Source: Octopus vulgaris (lineage: Eukaryota). Taken from it: 64,000 nt of DNA. Under the pieces are notes generated by a model, which ran no database searches, was not told where the DNA came from, and worked only from the letters and a program-made list of their open reading frames with translations. Below, piece by piece: positions 25,451-41,324 of this stretch (the first letter of the stretch is position 1; every line of letters starts with the position of its first letter). The position numbers and the translations under genes were made by a program. The stretch covers positions 75,888,001 to 75,952,000 of the forward strand of contig OX597823.1 of the NCBI GenBank assembly GCA_951406725.2. Direction: 5' to 3'.

Positions 25451-28400
25451 TAAAGGAGAATTTTTCTGACCTATATTTCTCTGGGAAACTATGGAGACAA
25501 TCTTGAGTCATTTCAAGGTGTGATCGTTCGTTAACTGACATTAGAATATATCAAATTAGCTACGACCGCCTACGATCGGATTTCAATATCTCCAAAATAT
25601 GTGTAATAGAAAATATAACAATAAAACTAATGGATAAAACAAACGAATCGAAATGGTACTTGACACATCACTATACTTTACCATTCAACGTACAAAAATA
25701 GCTACAGTATTAATGTTGCCTGCTCTCCTAATTCTAGGTACAACTCCGGGATTGATTTAGGAATTTGTCTCTACATCTCTCTCTCTCTCTCTCTCTCTGT
25801 CTGTCTTGCATGTATTATTAGATACCTGATGCATTAAAAGCAGCACTAATATGGTGATATGTATGTATTGCGAAAGAAATATCTAGTCAATAGTGAGAAG
25901 AAATTCAAAACCGTGTTCATTATGCACATTAGTATAAATGTAGGATTTGCTAACCTCCTATATATAACACTAGAACTGACTGAAAGGGAGGTCTACGATG
26001 AGGGGAAAGCAAAAGAAAGAACAGAAAACTTCTTCTAGTCTTTAGAAAAATATCTGTGGTAGACATATTTAGAAACTTTTCTAACCTATTTGTTCACGGA
26101 CAAATTTTCAACCCCGTCAATTTTTTTCAGCAACAAAAGTCTCCGTAAATACTAGAATATATATTCCAACAATTTTTTTCCAGAATGTACCCACTGATAT
26201 AGATTTCATACAGAAATATCACAAGGTTTTAAAAGGAGCGATATCAGTCAAAATTTCATATGCAGCATTGTTTCTAACACTTTGCATCACAGTATATATC
26301 ACACGCAGTTATTTTATTCCTATAATTGCCAGCGTGTTTGTACAGAATTATAGTGAAATCACAATTTAAAAATCTTACCCCAACCCAGCCTCGAATATGT
26401 TTTATTTTTAAATGAAGTAAAACACCTGCTGAGAGAACGAAAACGAATTAGAATGGTATCACGGAAAACACGTACAAGATGAAAAACAAACGTAAATAAA
26501 GTTGAGATTCAGAAATAAAAGCCATTATACCACTTCTCTATCTCAATATATATGAAACTTATGTGAAGGTTTAATCTAAGATGCCTCTTTCACATAGGAT
26601 ATGGAAAAACAATCACATCGTAAAGAGTAAAAGAAGATGGCGTACGTTAGGCAAATTGTCAGTAGTTACTTATCCTAACCCAACAAAGCAGACCTTGATT
26701 CAGAAAGCAGCAAATTCTGACATTTACAAGTCTTTCCAAAAGTGCATGAATTCCTTTTCTAAATTATTTTGCAAAGAAAATCAGGAATATTTATGTTATT
26801 GGTATCTAAACTGTTTCCTTACCCCGTCACTTTCTTTGTTATGCATATAAACAGCAAGATAATAGTATGACACTATTTACAGTACTACTTAAACTGCAGC
26901 CCGTGCACATGTGTATTAACGAACTTTTGATACTAGGAACACTATCTTATCTTAAGGAGCTATAAAATGTACTATGTATATGTTTCAATGTGAAACGTGA
27001 TGGTATTTTAAAATATATATTCGTATTATTTGTATTTATCATTCAATTATTAATCTCACCCTTACGTTCTTCATTTCTGCTGTGATGTCTGATTATTCGA
27101 ATTGTGCGAAATATATACTTTCCTTGGAAAGCCCCAAAGTATTTCCTATAATCATGCGCGTGCATACACGTACCTATACAGACAAACAGTCACACACATA
27201 CACACACAGACACACACACATATATATGCCATACCCCTTCTTGTTGTCACCAATTTTGTAAACTATATATTCACACACGACAGATGCCCAAACGCAAACC
27301 TGGAAGAACGTATTATACTACTACTGGATAGCACAGGGTAAAATCTGAAGTCGAACGAGCTATGTACTGTAATCTACTATATTCCTAATAGTCTATATAT
27401 ATATATGATAAAGATGCAGATAAATAGATAGACCGATAGAATAGCTAGATAGATAGATAGATAGACAGGTAAGCAGAGAGAAAGAGAGAGAGAGTTAGAA
27501 AGAGGGAAAACATATTTACATATATATATTTATTTATTTAAGTATTTGAGTTTAAATCAAATTATTGGGTTATATGATGTTGCATGTCATACAAATACAG
27601 ATGTAATTTACTGTTATGAAGAGGAAATGTCGTGGAGACATATGATGTCCTTTATTCTAGTCTACTAGCTTTGCTTCAGGCTTTCTCTATAAGGCTGCAA
27701 ACCTAAAATATACGATATGATTAAACACGTGGAATATAAACAAAACAAATTTTCTGAATAATGAAAGCCAGACGGCACTATATTACGTAAAAATTGCTAA
27801 ATTCGCTTTACATCGTAAAATATGGAAATATCTCAATATATGGCTTAACATAGAGTAATACAAATTTTTTATGCACTTTAGTTGTTCTTTGTATTTTTCA
27901 GGAATTTCATTCTTGAGCGTTATTTAGTTACAGTATAATTAAGGTCTCGTTCTAATTACTCGCATACTACAAATACAAAGTAATGTATGAACTTATCATA
28001 GGTATAAATATTTTAGGAATGTGACCAAGATTTATTTTGTGTGAAACGATTAATATGTGTACACGAGACAAAAGAGAAATTGAAGGTTGAGGTCAATTAT
28101 AAAATAAAATATAATCACAACCAATATAAAGAGACTTATAAAATAAAATCCTACTTTTGACACATATATAATATATACATTCTATTTCAAAGAATTTTGT
28201 TTCTCCCCAAAACATGCTCTTCAGATAACTTTTAGGTAGGAGCTCAGCACGAAAATCTTTCGGGAATATCATATCATCGCAAACACTACACGGCATTCTA
28301 AGTGTAGGCGGCCATTACATTCTATAATAGCATTTCTCCAAACGCAAGAACACGCAGTCTTTTAGAAGATAAAATTATCGAAAACTTTAGGAAACCTCCA

Positions 28401-28678
28401 CCTTATCGGTAAAAACGAGAATTGTCAATTTGCGTGTCCCATTTTTCTTTTATGTGTCCATCCATTGGCAATCGCTGCAACAATTGGGAAACAGAACTTT
28501 ATATTGTGCTATTTATGTCCAACAGATGTTGATGAGAATATCTGTCGCACGACAATTGATTTCTTGGAAATAACATTTAGGTGAAAGCATTGGAATTATA
28601 GACATTCATGCGATTTTCAAGTTAACGGCTCTATAAGCAGGGAAAAACAGCTTTCCCTACAGTCACAATAACTTCTTT

Positions 28679-28734
<56 letters not shown>

Positions 28735-29035
28735 GGTTCACAACGCATAACCTTATGTTTCTTTCTTAAAATCAGAAAACATGGGAAAATACCACCTTGA
28801 ATATTCCCTTGCTCAGTGCTTGGATTTCAGAGAAATTCATGCAACTGCTTTAGCAATGCATTCTAAACGCGCTCGGATATACTTTGTTGCATATAGTGTT
28901 AGGCTGCTACATGGAATAAAATGCTAAGCAACAGAGTATCAATGATATATCACTTGAACGCCAAAAGCCACGGACACGCCCTCAGAAGCACACACACACA
29001 CAGATGGTTTCATACATTAATGTGTGTGTAGGTTT

Positions 29036-29218
<183 letters not shown>

Positions 29219-30067
29219 AAAAGAAAGGCAGAGAGGGAGAGGGAGTGATAATGAGAGAGAGAGAGATACCTGGGGAAAGAGATAATACTCTCGCTACAGA
29301 TTTTAGTCTCTGCATCAGATGCTACTTTCTGCGCAGTTACCTCCGTTACAAACTACTTATTATAAATGCACACCGCTTTGTGCTACTCATGTTATGCATA
29401 AATAACGTGCTGTTTATTTCTCTTGAATTTTAGATTGGATGTGTTATATATATTTTATTTACATCACTTACATTGTTCACGAAGTTTATTTTAAACCAGA
29501 GTAGCTAATCTTATCAATGAATGATACCGCAGTTGCCTTTTTTTAGCAGTTGGCAATGATATAGATATGTCAGTCATCGACAGAATCTTCCATGCCAGCA
29601 TTCATTCTTTACGAGAATACCTTTAACGGAAGCTATATAAGATTTCATCATCTATTTAATGAAGTTATAGATCTTGGCATTTCTTTTCTTCCTTGCTATA
29701 TCCAATGATTTTCATCAAAAGATTGTCTGTTCTGTATAGTTATTTCTTCACATCGAGTTACTTGAATGAAGTTACTTTCTACGCATCTATAATAAACGAT
29801 AACTTGGTTTGTAGAAACGTTTCTATGGTATTTTTATATTTAATTTTCTTTCCTTCTGTACATCAATCATTGTGACAACTTTGGTTTCCTCATTCTTTTT
29901 ATCGTTTTTGCCTTTTGAAATTAGTTTCGTAATTAGTTCAATAATATACAGCTAACTCCAGTAGACTGGTAAACTGATTTATTTAGAGAAAAATAACAGG
30001 AATTGACGACCACGAGGGCGATGACAGTACTAACAATGATAACAACAACAACAACAACACTAATAAT

Positions 30068-30278
30068 GATCGTTTCTACTGTAGTCACACGGCCTGAAAT
30101 TTGGTGGGGGGGGGACTAGTCGATTACATCAACACCAGTGTTTCACTGGTACTTAAGTTTTCGACTCCGTAAAGATGAAAGGCAAAGTCGTCCTCGGCGG
30201 AATTTGAACTCAGAACGCAGAGAAATACCACAAAGCATTTCGTCCACCGCGCTGACTGTTCTGCCAGCTCATCGCGTT
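30068..30278 (-). mobile_element. SINE family A monomer (alternative tail)
   Basis: Plus strand GGCAAAGTCGTCCTCGGCGGAATTTGAACTCAGAAC...CTGCCAGCTC. Confidence 0.85.
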
Positions 30279-30325
30279 AAATAATAATAATAATGATGAT
30301 GATCATGATCATGATCATGATGAGC

Positions 30326-30378
<53 letters not shown>

Positions 30379-30383
30379 AATAT

Positions 30384-32245
30384 GTACCAGGGATAATCTC
30401 TTGGTAAACAGGGCTGTACGTAGAGGCTGCAAGACGAGGAAAACTAATTTAGCTGTGTCATGGATCGATTATGGTAAGGCATACGATATGATCCCACATT
30501 CTTTGATTATGGAGCGTATGAACCTATTTGGTATTGCATAGAGTGCTGAGCGATTGCTTGGAAAAAGTATGGCGAAGTGTAGGACGGAACTGACAGCATA
30601 TGAAAGAAGTTTACGGACAATAGAAATCAGGAGAGGCATCTTCCAAGCAGACTGCCTGTCCTCCCTGATCTAAGGAAAAGAATGGCTGGGTATATATTCA
30701 AGAGCCGCCAACAAAATGTTGACCACTTGTTATTCATGGACGACCACAAACTTTATGATAAACATGAATCTTAAGTCAGTTTCCTCGTTGATAATGTGTA
30801 TACTTTCAGAGCTGATATCAGAATGGAGTTCGAACTGAAAAAGTGTGGTGTGTTAGTCTTCAAGAGAGGCAAAGTTAAATGTATGTACCGGCTGGCGATA
30901 CTGTCGGGGAGGTTATGAAGCTGATAGATGAGACGGGCTATATGTACTTGTGGATTTTGGAAATGGATAAATTGATGGAGAAAGATATAACAGTAAAGTT
31001 TAAGGTTGGGTACTTGCGCAGACTGAGACTAATACTTAAATCGAAATTAAACGGACGGAATAAGATTGAAGCTGTCAAAATCTGGGCGGTTTCACACATT
31101 AGATTTCGGGCAGAGGTAATCGCATGGATAATAGACGAATTCAACAGCTTGGAGACAAAGACAAAGACGTTGCTGACGAGTTATGGGATATTCCACCCAA
31201 AAAGTGACACAGACAGACTGTATGTACCAAGAAAAAGAGGTGGCAGTGGAATGATTGGATGCGAAGAAGGCATTAGAGTAGAACAAATCAACATAAGATG
31301 TTATGTAAAAAACATGCCACGGAACCGCTATTATTGGAAGTAAGAACGTCGGGCTTGTGTAGGAAAGAAGATTGCAAAAATAAAGCACTGTACAAGCACT
31401 TGAGAATGAAAGAAACTGAAAATAGATGGATAAAGAAAATAATGCATGGACAATTTCATAGGGATGTTGAAGAAAAGACAGACTGAAAAAAGATGGCTAT
31501 GGATGACTAAAAATGTTTTAAAACCGGAAAAATAGGCTCTAATCTGTGCTGCCTAAAAGCAAGCATCAAGAAACAATTACATCAAATGCAGAATAGACAA
31601 CACATCAGAAAGTGATAAGTGCATAAATTATGGGTAACATGGTGAAACTCTATGGCATATTACCAGTCAATGTACGCCACTAGCCTAGAAAAATATAAGA
31701 GACGTAATGACAACGAAGCAAGGATTATCTGTTAGACACTTTGCAATAAGTATAGACTTGATAAAGCAAAGAATCGGTACGAACATAAATGAGAAGGCTT
31801 CATCGAAAATGATAATGAAAAATACTATGGGAGTTTATGATTCAGTGAGATCATGAAATGGAAAATAGGAAACCAGACATAGTGTTAATTGAAAAAGAAA
31901 GCAAACGATGCTGGATCATAGATATAACCTGCCCAGCTGACAATGTATGCGATGAGGAAGAAAAGTCGATAGACATGACAAGTTGGAGTGGGAGGTTAAG
32001 TAGTTGTGGTCGATGAAAAAGATGGTAGAAGTAGCAATAAATGTCGGTTCCTTGGGTACAGTGAGTAAAAATCTTGAGAAGTAAATCAAACTAATAGGGG
32101 CTGCACTTGGAGAAAACAGTACTGCTTATAACCGCTCGAATATTCCGGATGCTGCTCGGAAAATAAGGGGTGTTACTTTAGTTCACTGGTAGTGAACAGC
32201 TGACATTGTAGTACATCTCCAACATTAGAAGGTGTGCAAATAAAT
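30384..32245 (+). pseudogene. 5'-truncated R4/Dong-clade non-LTR retrotransposon (RT plus RLE), decayed
   Basis: Frame-broken motifs: WIDYGKAYDMIPHS, HLLFMDD, KLNGRNKIEAV, FHPKSDTDRLYVPRKRGG, MHGQFHR, RKPDIV. Many stops; ends in (AAT)n. Confidence 0.88.
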
Positions 32246-32254
32246 GATAATAAC

Positions 32255-32327
<73 letters not shown>

Positions 32328-33225
32328 TAGCAAACAAGCTGATGTTGACCAGAAGCAAACCCATCAGTGGCTACGGAGCTTAGGGCTAAAAGCAGAGAGC
32401 GAAGGTTTCATCCTGGCTGCTCAAGATCAAAGCCTATTAACCCGGAACTACCAGGCCAATGAGATGAAAAATGGAGCAGACCCAAAATGCCGATTCTGAA
32501 ACGACATGATTGAAACAGTGGACCACCTAATCTCTGGATGTAAAGTCTTAGCACCAGTGGAGTATAAATTAAGACATGAAAAAGAGTTGGCCAAAATCTA
32601 CACTGGCTAATAAGTCGGCATTACAATATCAAAACTGCCGACAAGTGGTATAATCACCACCCGGAAGCTGTAACTGAAGGAGAAAAGGTAACGATTCTGT
32701 GGGACTTTCCAGTACATACTGACCGAACCATCAAAGCCAATAAACCAGATATTGTTGTGAAAGACCAAAACAATAAAGTTTGCTTATTGATCGACATGAG
32801 CATCCCCAGTGATCATAATTTCTCGGCGAAAGAGTTTGACAAGCTCAGAAAATATAAAGACCTGCTCATTGAAATTGAGAAAATGTGGCATCTCAAGGCG
32901 GTTACAATACCAGTGATCGTAGGAACACTAGGAATGATCAAGAAGGGAACCGAAAATTATATGAGAATGATCCCTGGCTTACCATCCCTGCAAGAAGTGC
33001 AAAAGATTGTCTTAACTGGTACATCACACGTATTGAGAAGAGCATTGTCGATGTGAGAACTATTACTACCCATGTATTTTAATTTAACTTTAAAAAAAAA
33101 TGAACGAACTAGTGAGTTTAGTTTAATGGTCTACCAATGTATACTATGGGTTTCTTTGCCCTAGGATTCAGGAAGACACTCGGCAAGAAATGGAAGCAAA
33201 TTTGAAAGAAGAGGAAAAAAAGATA
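32328..33225 (+). pseudogene. Second R4/Dong-like LINE 3' fragment (zinc knuckle plus restriction-like endonuclease), different subfamily
   Basis: AAQDQSLLTRNY, KCRF*...ETVDHLISGC (decayed CCHC), ILWDFPVHTDRTIKANKPDIVV...LIDMSIP...KLRKYKDL. Stop at 33056, then 3' UTR and an A/AAT tail. Confidence 0.9.
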
Positions 33226-33235
33226 ACAATAATGA

Positions 33236-33420
33236 TAATTTTTAGTAAAGACACAGGGACTGAAATTTTGGATGAGTGGACTAGTCGATTACATCGACCC
33301 TAGTGTTTCACTGGAACTTAATTTATCGAACCCGAAAGGATTAAAGGCAAAGTCGACCCCAGTGGAATTTGAACTCAGAACATAAAGACGGACAAAATAT
33401 CGCTAAGAACTTTTCCACCT
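33236..33420 (-). mobile_element. SINE family A fragment
   Basis: Family A body and alternative tail in reverse orientation. Confidence 0.8.
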
Positions 33421-36407
33421 CACTCCATTGCTGTACATATATTCTAGGTATGTATGAAAATTGGATTTTACATCAATCATAGTGGGATTTTTATACTGAT
33501 GAAATATATACTTTATATAATTGTTATAATTGTTATTCTAATTATTTCAAATGCACGTGTATAATTTTATACATGTCACTTAAACACCTATGCATAGAAT
33601 TATAGTATCATAAACAACATGTATACATTATTTATAGCTTAAATGCATATTAACAGTTGTATGCAAACTATTCCCGGCTGCAAAGCCAGATCTCATAGTA
33701 CTGTTTATATAATGTTGCCAATCCTGGTATAAATCATATAAATATTACTTTTAGATTAGAATTTCAGATTTCTTTGATGTATTTTCTCATTCAATAAATC
33801 TTTAGAAGAGAACCAAGTGAAAGTGAATATATTTGTTTACTAATAGAAATCCCATTCGAAATGAAATAGATATGATGTTTTCTTTTTTTTTTTTACTTCT
33901 GGATGTATATTCAGATTAATCTTGTTACACTCAAGCCTTTCAATTGCTGAATTTCCCTTATGTACAACCAAATCCAAAAAGGCTACTGATATTTTTAAGG
34001 AAGTCGAATGAAATATGAATAAATGCAGCAGGTTATAGTAGCAGATTACTTCCTTTATGAGAAGGGAATTCAGTATGTGATTTTGGTAGAACAGAATCTC
34101 AATGACTGAATGCGTTAAAAGAGAAGCTTTATAATGAAATATTTGATTAGTTTTGAGAAGTGGTTATCACCAAGCTACTATATATTATTGGACAAGCATT
34201 TTTGCTAAGTTTAACAGTTACATAAAAGAAATATAAAAAATAACACATTGTTTATCTTTCCAGTTACTCTTAGCCTCAATCGGGAAACCAAATGCTTCAA
34301 TAAAATAATAAAAGAACAAAATCAAAAGAAGCTTTCAAGGATTTACATCAAACAGTATGCGACTTTTATTTCCTAGAGTAAATAATAAAAGACTGGGCCA
34401 ATTGAAAAATCATTTTTCTTTACGACTGTTGTGTTTCCAATATGCATCTGCAAAGCAATGCCCTCTGGAACAGCTTGCACGAATTCATTTATGCAGAACT
34501 GTTCGCGTTTGTGTGCATGTAACAGGTTTTAATAACTGGATGTAATGAGTGCCAACTATAAATCTTGTAAAATCAGATCTGGGTGTAATTATTTTAGAAA
34601 TAATATGGAACACTGACAACAATATCACAAGGGATGCATCCTTTATACAATGTACTATTAACAAGGATATTCTAGATAAACGTAAGGGCAGGTTTATCCA
34701 AATCAGTTTCGTAAGCTTATACCTATTTATATCCAAAGATTTTCCTAATAATTTACACGATATACTAGAACTATATAATTCTGACTTAGAGATAATTTTT
34801 CTATGCTAATACGATCCTGCTTTAAATAAATGAGTAACATAGCCTAGGAATTCTTATCCAACGGCTAAATACTATATGGAACTTGGCATTCGTCAGAATA
34901 GACATTTGCTATTTCGTTGGAGTATTCAAACTTAGACGGTTTCAGAATATCGTGTCCTATTTACTTTCAACGTTATAGGTACGATGCCCTAAACAATTCC
35001 AATTATGCTAATTATCAAGGTTAACTAGGATTAGAAAATACATTTCAGAGATGTCATTTACGAATTGGTTGTTTTAAACATTTTAGGAACCACATTAAGA
35101 AGAACTTCTGTATTATTGTAGTAAACATACGAAACATTAAACCGTAAGATGGTAATAATAATCCCTTCAACTATCTTGAGATCAGTGAATAAATTCACCT
35201 TCATCTCTAGCAAATACGCCATTAAGAGCAAGCGGCACAGAAATATAATTACCTTTGTATCAATTTTCCAACTTCATCGTAAGTCAAATATAAATTGTTC
35301 ATTTATGATCTTAAATAAAATAAATGAACACTTTCCACTCGAGTATAAATATAAAATATTGTTTCAATAGGCCTTGTTAAGATAAATTTCAGCGTTAACT
35401 ATATTGTAAAACCTGACAAGTAAGCACAAGCCAAATTCTAAGGTTGATATTTATGTTGGAAAAGTGCATCATGCGTTTTGAATTAGTCATGTGAAATCGA
35501 TATATCTATAGATGTAAAGCTGAATGCCAACAAAGCAATAGACGCTTTGACCGAAGAACCCATGAAGCGGAGATATCAGAACTGCAAGGCTTACTTTATG
35601 GATATTGTTAAAACGGAATGTTTCCCAAGTCGCTAGTTCATTGTTGCACTTAACACAACATCGGCAGGAAGATCAGCTAAACATTGCAACCATGCATAAA
35701 CACTAACATGAGATGCAAGCTCCATATTGCTGGAAAAATATAATTCTAAGGAACATACCAAAGCCAGATATATACAATATTCATAACTGGAGGGATGAAT
35801 ACACGAAAAAATTCCTAATTCACACCCCATAAGAGCAATTTTACTATAAGAATGCTTTTATGTATACCTTCTAAATTGTAGCCTCGGAACCAATTTTCAA
35901 AATTTCTTATTTTCCCCTTTAACGTTTCCAGAAATTTCGCATGTTTTGTCCAATATTCTCCCCGTATTTCTGTCTGTGTCTCTCTCCCTCACACTCATGC
36001 ATTACCGCTGTGTATGTGTGTGGCAGGTGGCTTTATGCAGTTGAAACTATATATACATGTGGGAAGTGTGCAAGAGAATAGGTGTATGATGGTGTATACG
36101 TATGAGCGTATATTCATGTGTGCTACATTCTTAAATATCTCAACCGGACAGGGACAAGACATGTGATTCCTTACCTCAGTCACAAGTGTAGTCCTCTACA
36201 CCCCTTTTTACAGCAGAATATATGTTTTTACATATTTACTGCACTCGAATCTTTCTTTATGTTCTTTCATTCATTTCTTATTCTTTCGTAATATTACTGT
36301 TTTCCATTTCGTATCTTCCTACTACTGGAAATCCGCTTTTCCCACACTTTCAAATAATGTTATATATACTGTTAAATGCTGCAATCATTGTGTTACTTCT
36401 TCAAAAT

Positions 36408-36583
36408 GCATAGTGGCATTTTGTCCGTCTTTACGTTCTCTATTCAAATTCCTTTCGAGGTCGAGTTTGCATTTCATCCTTTCGAAGACGATGATATAAA
36501 TACCAGTTGAGCACTGGGGTTGATGTAATCGACTAACCCTGCCGCTCAAAATTTCGGTTTTTATGCCTGTATTAGAAAGGATT
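36408..36583 (+). mobile_element. SINE family A, degenerate
   Basis: TTCAAATTCC...GGTCGAGTTTGCATTTCATCCTTTCG...TACCAGTTGAGCACTGGGG. Confidence 0.8.
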
Positions 36584-39500
36584 AAATTTGGCCAGTCGTG
36601 AATGAAAATCCTCAAACCTTGCAACGAATCTAACAGAGGTTACTTTGCCTATCAGAGAGAGTTAATCTTCAAAGCATATTGTACTATTGACAAAAAAGAC
36701 TCAACAGATATGAACATCTCGGGCTAAGGAATTTTAACATTTGACACACAGTATAATCTCCTTTGTCCTCGAAGAAAATTGGCATAATTATGCTATGCAT
36801 GTTAGAAATATCACTCGAAAATCTTGTAGAAGAAGAAACGCAATTTTCAAGTATTTTCGCCTTTCTCGTGATAAACAAGCATCGAAATTGGCAGTTGACA
36901 ACAAAGATTTTCAGCTGCATTAGGCAATTTCTGGTGGTGCTGATTGACTGCAAACCATATCAAATACAATCTATCCACTGCATAATGTTTTGTTAGTTAT
37001 CAATCCGGCATGCTCCATGCTGGCTTAACAACATAGTGTGTACAAAATTGATTGTGTACACAGATTGCTAAATATCGATATCTCCTTATAAGTGTGGATA
37101 AATTTTACAAAGAGTTCACTAGCCAATCAACAAAAATGTAGAGAAAGGCGACAAAAGGTTTTTGAGTCTATCATAGTTTACTCTCTTGACATCTCTTGCA
37201 ACGTGTAGTCTCCGCACCGATTTGAATTCTCTGGCCTACTGACATCGTTTTGTGAGACTCATTTTGTTTGTACGAGGACCCAACAGACTAATTAAATTCA
37301 GTACTAAATAGATTATCATTATCATTTCATCGATTTATCTTTCTTATAACTTTTCGCATCATTTGCAATCTTAATGATTTTCAACCTGAAAGTGTAGCGC
37401 TTTCACAAACTGATACTCAGTTTCGAAGGCGATAACAACTTTCTTGTTTGCTTGCTTTATTAAACGATGATTCCTTTTAGGTATTGCTGTTGATAATGAA
37501 ATCTATTTTAATCGAAAATTTGAAAGCGTCATTTAGTTTCTTGCCAGGAGTTTGCTATATGCACTTATGTTCGATTTTTAAATATTTTCTTTTACATTTT
37601 GTTCCAAAATTCACATTCTGTTTCTCGTCCATGTTCTCAATTCGGTAGATTTAGCATTCTCATTCGACTGTTTAACCGTTTAAGTTTAACGTGCGCTTCA
37701 TTCGTTAAAATTTCTATAATTAATTAGAGTTTCTTTTTTTTTTCTAATTTTACCTGTAAAATGTCACTATCCATTATTTTTGCAGAATTTTGTTTCATAT
37801 GGAATATATAGTTATTACAAATGACAGCATATTTTAAATATTTCTTATTTTTGGAATCTGTATTTATATACTGAATGTATGAAATGTCTCATGCCTTCAC
37901 TAATCGCTTTAAAGTACACTTCAAAAGGAAGGTGACCTTCCTTGCTGTACCGCTCCCAAGTGAATTTGTTGCAGAGGTGATGATAGTTCAGGAATGTTCT
38001 TTATAAATCAGACTACACCAAACATGTATCTGTAGACTGCCTATCTGCGAAAATCTTTTTTTTACATTAACATGAGGATAAACTTAGTTGTGTGCTTATT
38101 GTTGAAGGTCTTCTGCATGCCTGTTTATTGGAACCTTTAAAGACACATATATTTGCATGGTTATTTAACATCCCAGTTTTCCATACTTGATCGGAACTCA
38201 CATGGTTTTGCAGTTATTTTAATATCAACTACATTGTCACCCTTATAGCAAAAATACGTAAGATATTTTTTTATTATAATATATAACAAGGAAACATTAG
38301 GCTTTTTTTAATGCAACAATTGAAATGGAATGTAGTTGTGTCACGATGGAAAACAAAATTTATCAATAATGATCTTTAACGATACGTTTTATAGCTTATC
38401 TCTGTTTTTCTTCTTGCTCTTTTTGGAAAATTCGTTACGTATTTGCTTTCCTTTTTCAATCAACATAAATGACGTTTTGATGTTATTGATCATACATTAG
38501 GCCTACATTGATTTCTTGCAGAGTCAATAAAAGCGGAATCTGTAAAAATAGCGTCTTTAAATGTGAACGGTAATATTTTTTGTAGAGACTGATGCAAATT
38601 TGGTCATTATGTATTCAGCTACAAATATAAGGATAAAGGTGTTTCTTATAAATGAATGTCTTTGTTATAAACACATGAAATATACACATGAATGTGTGAA
38701 TGAATAAATTTCTGCAGGTGTCTCTCTTTCTCTCCCTCTCTCCGTATATGTGTGTGTGTGTGTCTATACACACACATTCACACTACATACCTTGAGAAAC
38801 AATGAATGTTCTTAGGAACCAAGTTATTTTGTAGAAAATTTAATGTGTTCTAGTAGTTAACAATATCTGTTGGCCAGTTTAGAAGACAGGGCATGTGTAT
38901 ACATCCAAAGTACAAAAACACTTTAGAAAAAAATGTAACAGCTTTAATTTTTCAAGTCCTTACGTATGAAGCAATTATGTTAGATTTGCTGCAACAATTT
39001 AATGAGTTCGCTGGAATTTTTCCCCTGTAAATCTATATACGTAATATGTTTCGACTAATAATTCCGTGCTTAATGATAACGGAGCTAAACCGATATAGGA
39101 CATGGAAGATCTTAATTTTATGACAATTTAAGGCAATATCAGTAATGAATGTTTATACGTTTATGTGCGCGCACTCTCGTTTGACATTAGATACTTCAGT
39201 GCCGTTGTCCAATCCTATATTGAGATCCTCTTCTCTTAATATATATTATAAACCCCGTTTTTCTAGTTCTAAAATGCACATGCTTCTTTTTTCTCTTCAA
39301 TAGGCGTTCATTTCCCTTAACACTACAATATACATTTCCTTTTCCCAGGCGAGACAGCGTACCCCCATTCCCTCAGTCAGAAAAGATCTTAAACATTCTG
39401 CAAGCAATTTCTATTGTGTTCTCTCTTGTCCCAGTCCTACTTTGCGTGTCTCATTTCCTTAAACCTACAATTTGTTCTGTCTTCTCAAAGCCTCTACATG

Positions 39501-41324
39501 TATTTCCCGTTCTCCGAGCATTAATATTATCCTCCCTGCAATAAAAATGTCCTCCTTACACAGATAGCATACCATTGAGATGCATTCGAAAAGTATTTGC
39601 CTCCAAATTCTAGCCACTATGTTGCCATCAAGAGTAACTGGTGCAACGGGAACATTCTTATACATTTATTAAATTCATTGTTTATTTCACTGATTCGGGT
39701 AGACGAATTTCTCAGTCACTTCTCTGCAGGATTAGGTTCAGTGAATTCTGCTGAACTTGTTTATATAGCTTTATATGTATTATTACAGGCGATCAAAACT
39801 AGACACATTTACCTATCATATTATTTCAATAAGAATTTCGACGTTTATTTCATGTATGTAACCCTATGTAACTATTGTAACTCACTCTTTTGGTGTTCTC
39901 TTTTCTTCTTCTCACTCTTGGTGCGCACAGAAAGAGGTGCTACAAGTATAGTGGTACAGTACTTGGTCAAACACTCTTTGTTGTGAAGCTTTTGTAAGAC
40001 AAGTTTTTATATTTTCATCCACTGCAGAGTACTTAATTACGTAAATCATACCTGTAAATCCATCGTTACCAAATAATATGTACCTGTTATTTTAGTGGGT
40101 CGTTTATAGAAAGGGGAGTTCATTTAAACGCCTACAACAAGTGGTCTAACTAGGTATAAAACTCTAACCACATATATCTTACACAAGCCCTAAATATTCG
40201 TTGTTCATTCAATGGATCTGATCTATATACCATAAAATGTTCATAAAGCAAAAACACCATGTATCATATCTAACCACAAACTCATAAAATGTCTATGTAA
40301 GGCGCATAAAGAATGAAATGACACGTCGTTATCATGTAACTACAACGTAGCAAATCACATCACTTCTGTCAAACAACTTTTGTGTTAAGCAACTTTTAAA
40401 TTAAGCCATAATCGTGCAAAATAAAAAATGAGAGAAATGTGATACATTCTCGTGAGTTGTTCATGCATCTATAACAAGGAGACCTCATACGATATTTGTT
40501 CATGGAATTGAAATTTCATAAAGACTTCTTCAATCAATTTTTAGAGTAACAATAGATTTAATAATAGCAAAATATAAAATAAAAGTATGAATTCGAAAAA
40601 TAAGTATGATAATTCCTACGTTGGAGATTTCATTCATTATAATACCTATCCTCCGATTCTTTTCAAAATGCACGAGCAACACAACATTATTACCGTGCAT
40701 TTATTCGGAAGAAGACACAGGATGTGCTTTAAAAAGTTAATGCTCTGATGGCTATAAATATAAAAATCATTTATATATAACATTAAACGAGAACATAGAT
40801 GTGTGTTTTGCATTTCACATGTTTTTTTTTTTTAAATCTGTTCATTATTTACACACTCATACCCAAACATATATATTTACATATCTGAGAGTGTGTTTAA
40901 ATTAAATGGTCCATTCTAACAATGAACAACGAAGAGAGAAATTATTGCTCATAGATAATAATGTTTATTTGTTTAATCCTGGATTTCTTATGGTAACTGG
41001 AGCTTATCAAGCCATTGCAAACTTCAAGCAACAACGGATTCATTTTTCTGATAGAGCTAATTTAATATAAATGGCAGTGTGCTTACTTCTTTTGCATAAG
41101 GCTATTCTTCTCCTTGAATGTGTTTCCCATGCTGATTCAACATCATCTTTTTCTCTCAATAACGACGGAAGCAGGCATTTGAATGCGGTTATCGCTTTCT
41201 TTATGGAATTCAGTGTTCTTTGTCAGGACGACATTCTTGGGAGCTGGTCTTTAATTTCTTACTTCATTTCCTTTCTTAATTCATTGCTTAAAAACTTTTT
41301 AAGTAACAATACTTGTTATTGTTG

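Noticed and set aside
39330-39680. Possible decayed LINE ORF1/gag-like fragment on the minus strand
   Set aside because: No diagnostic motif can be read with confidence; needs BLASTX or a profile search.
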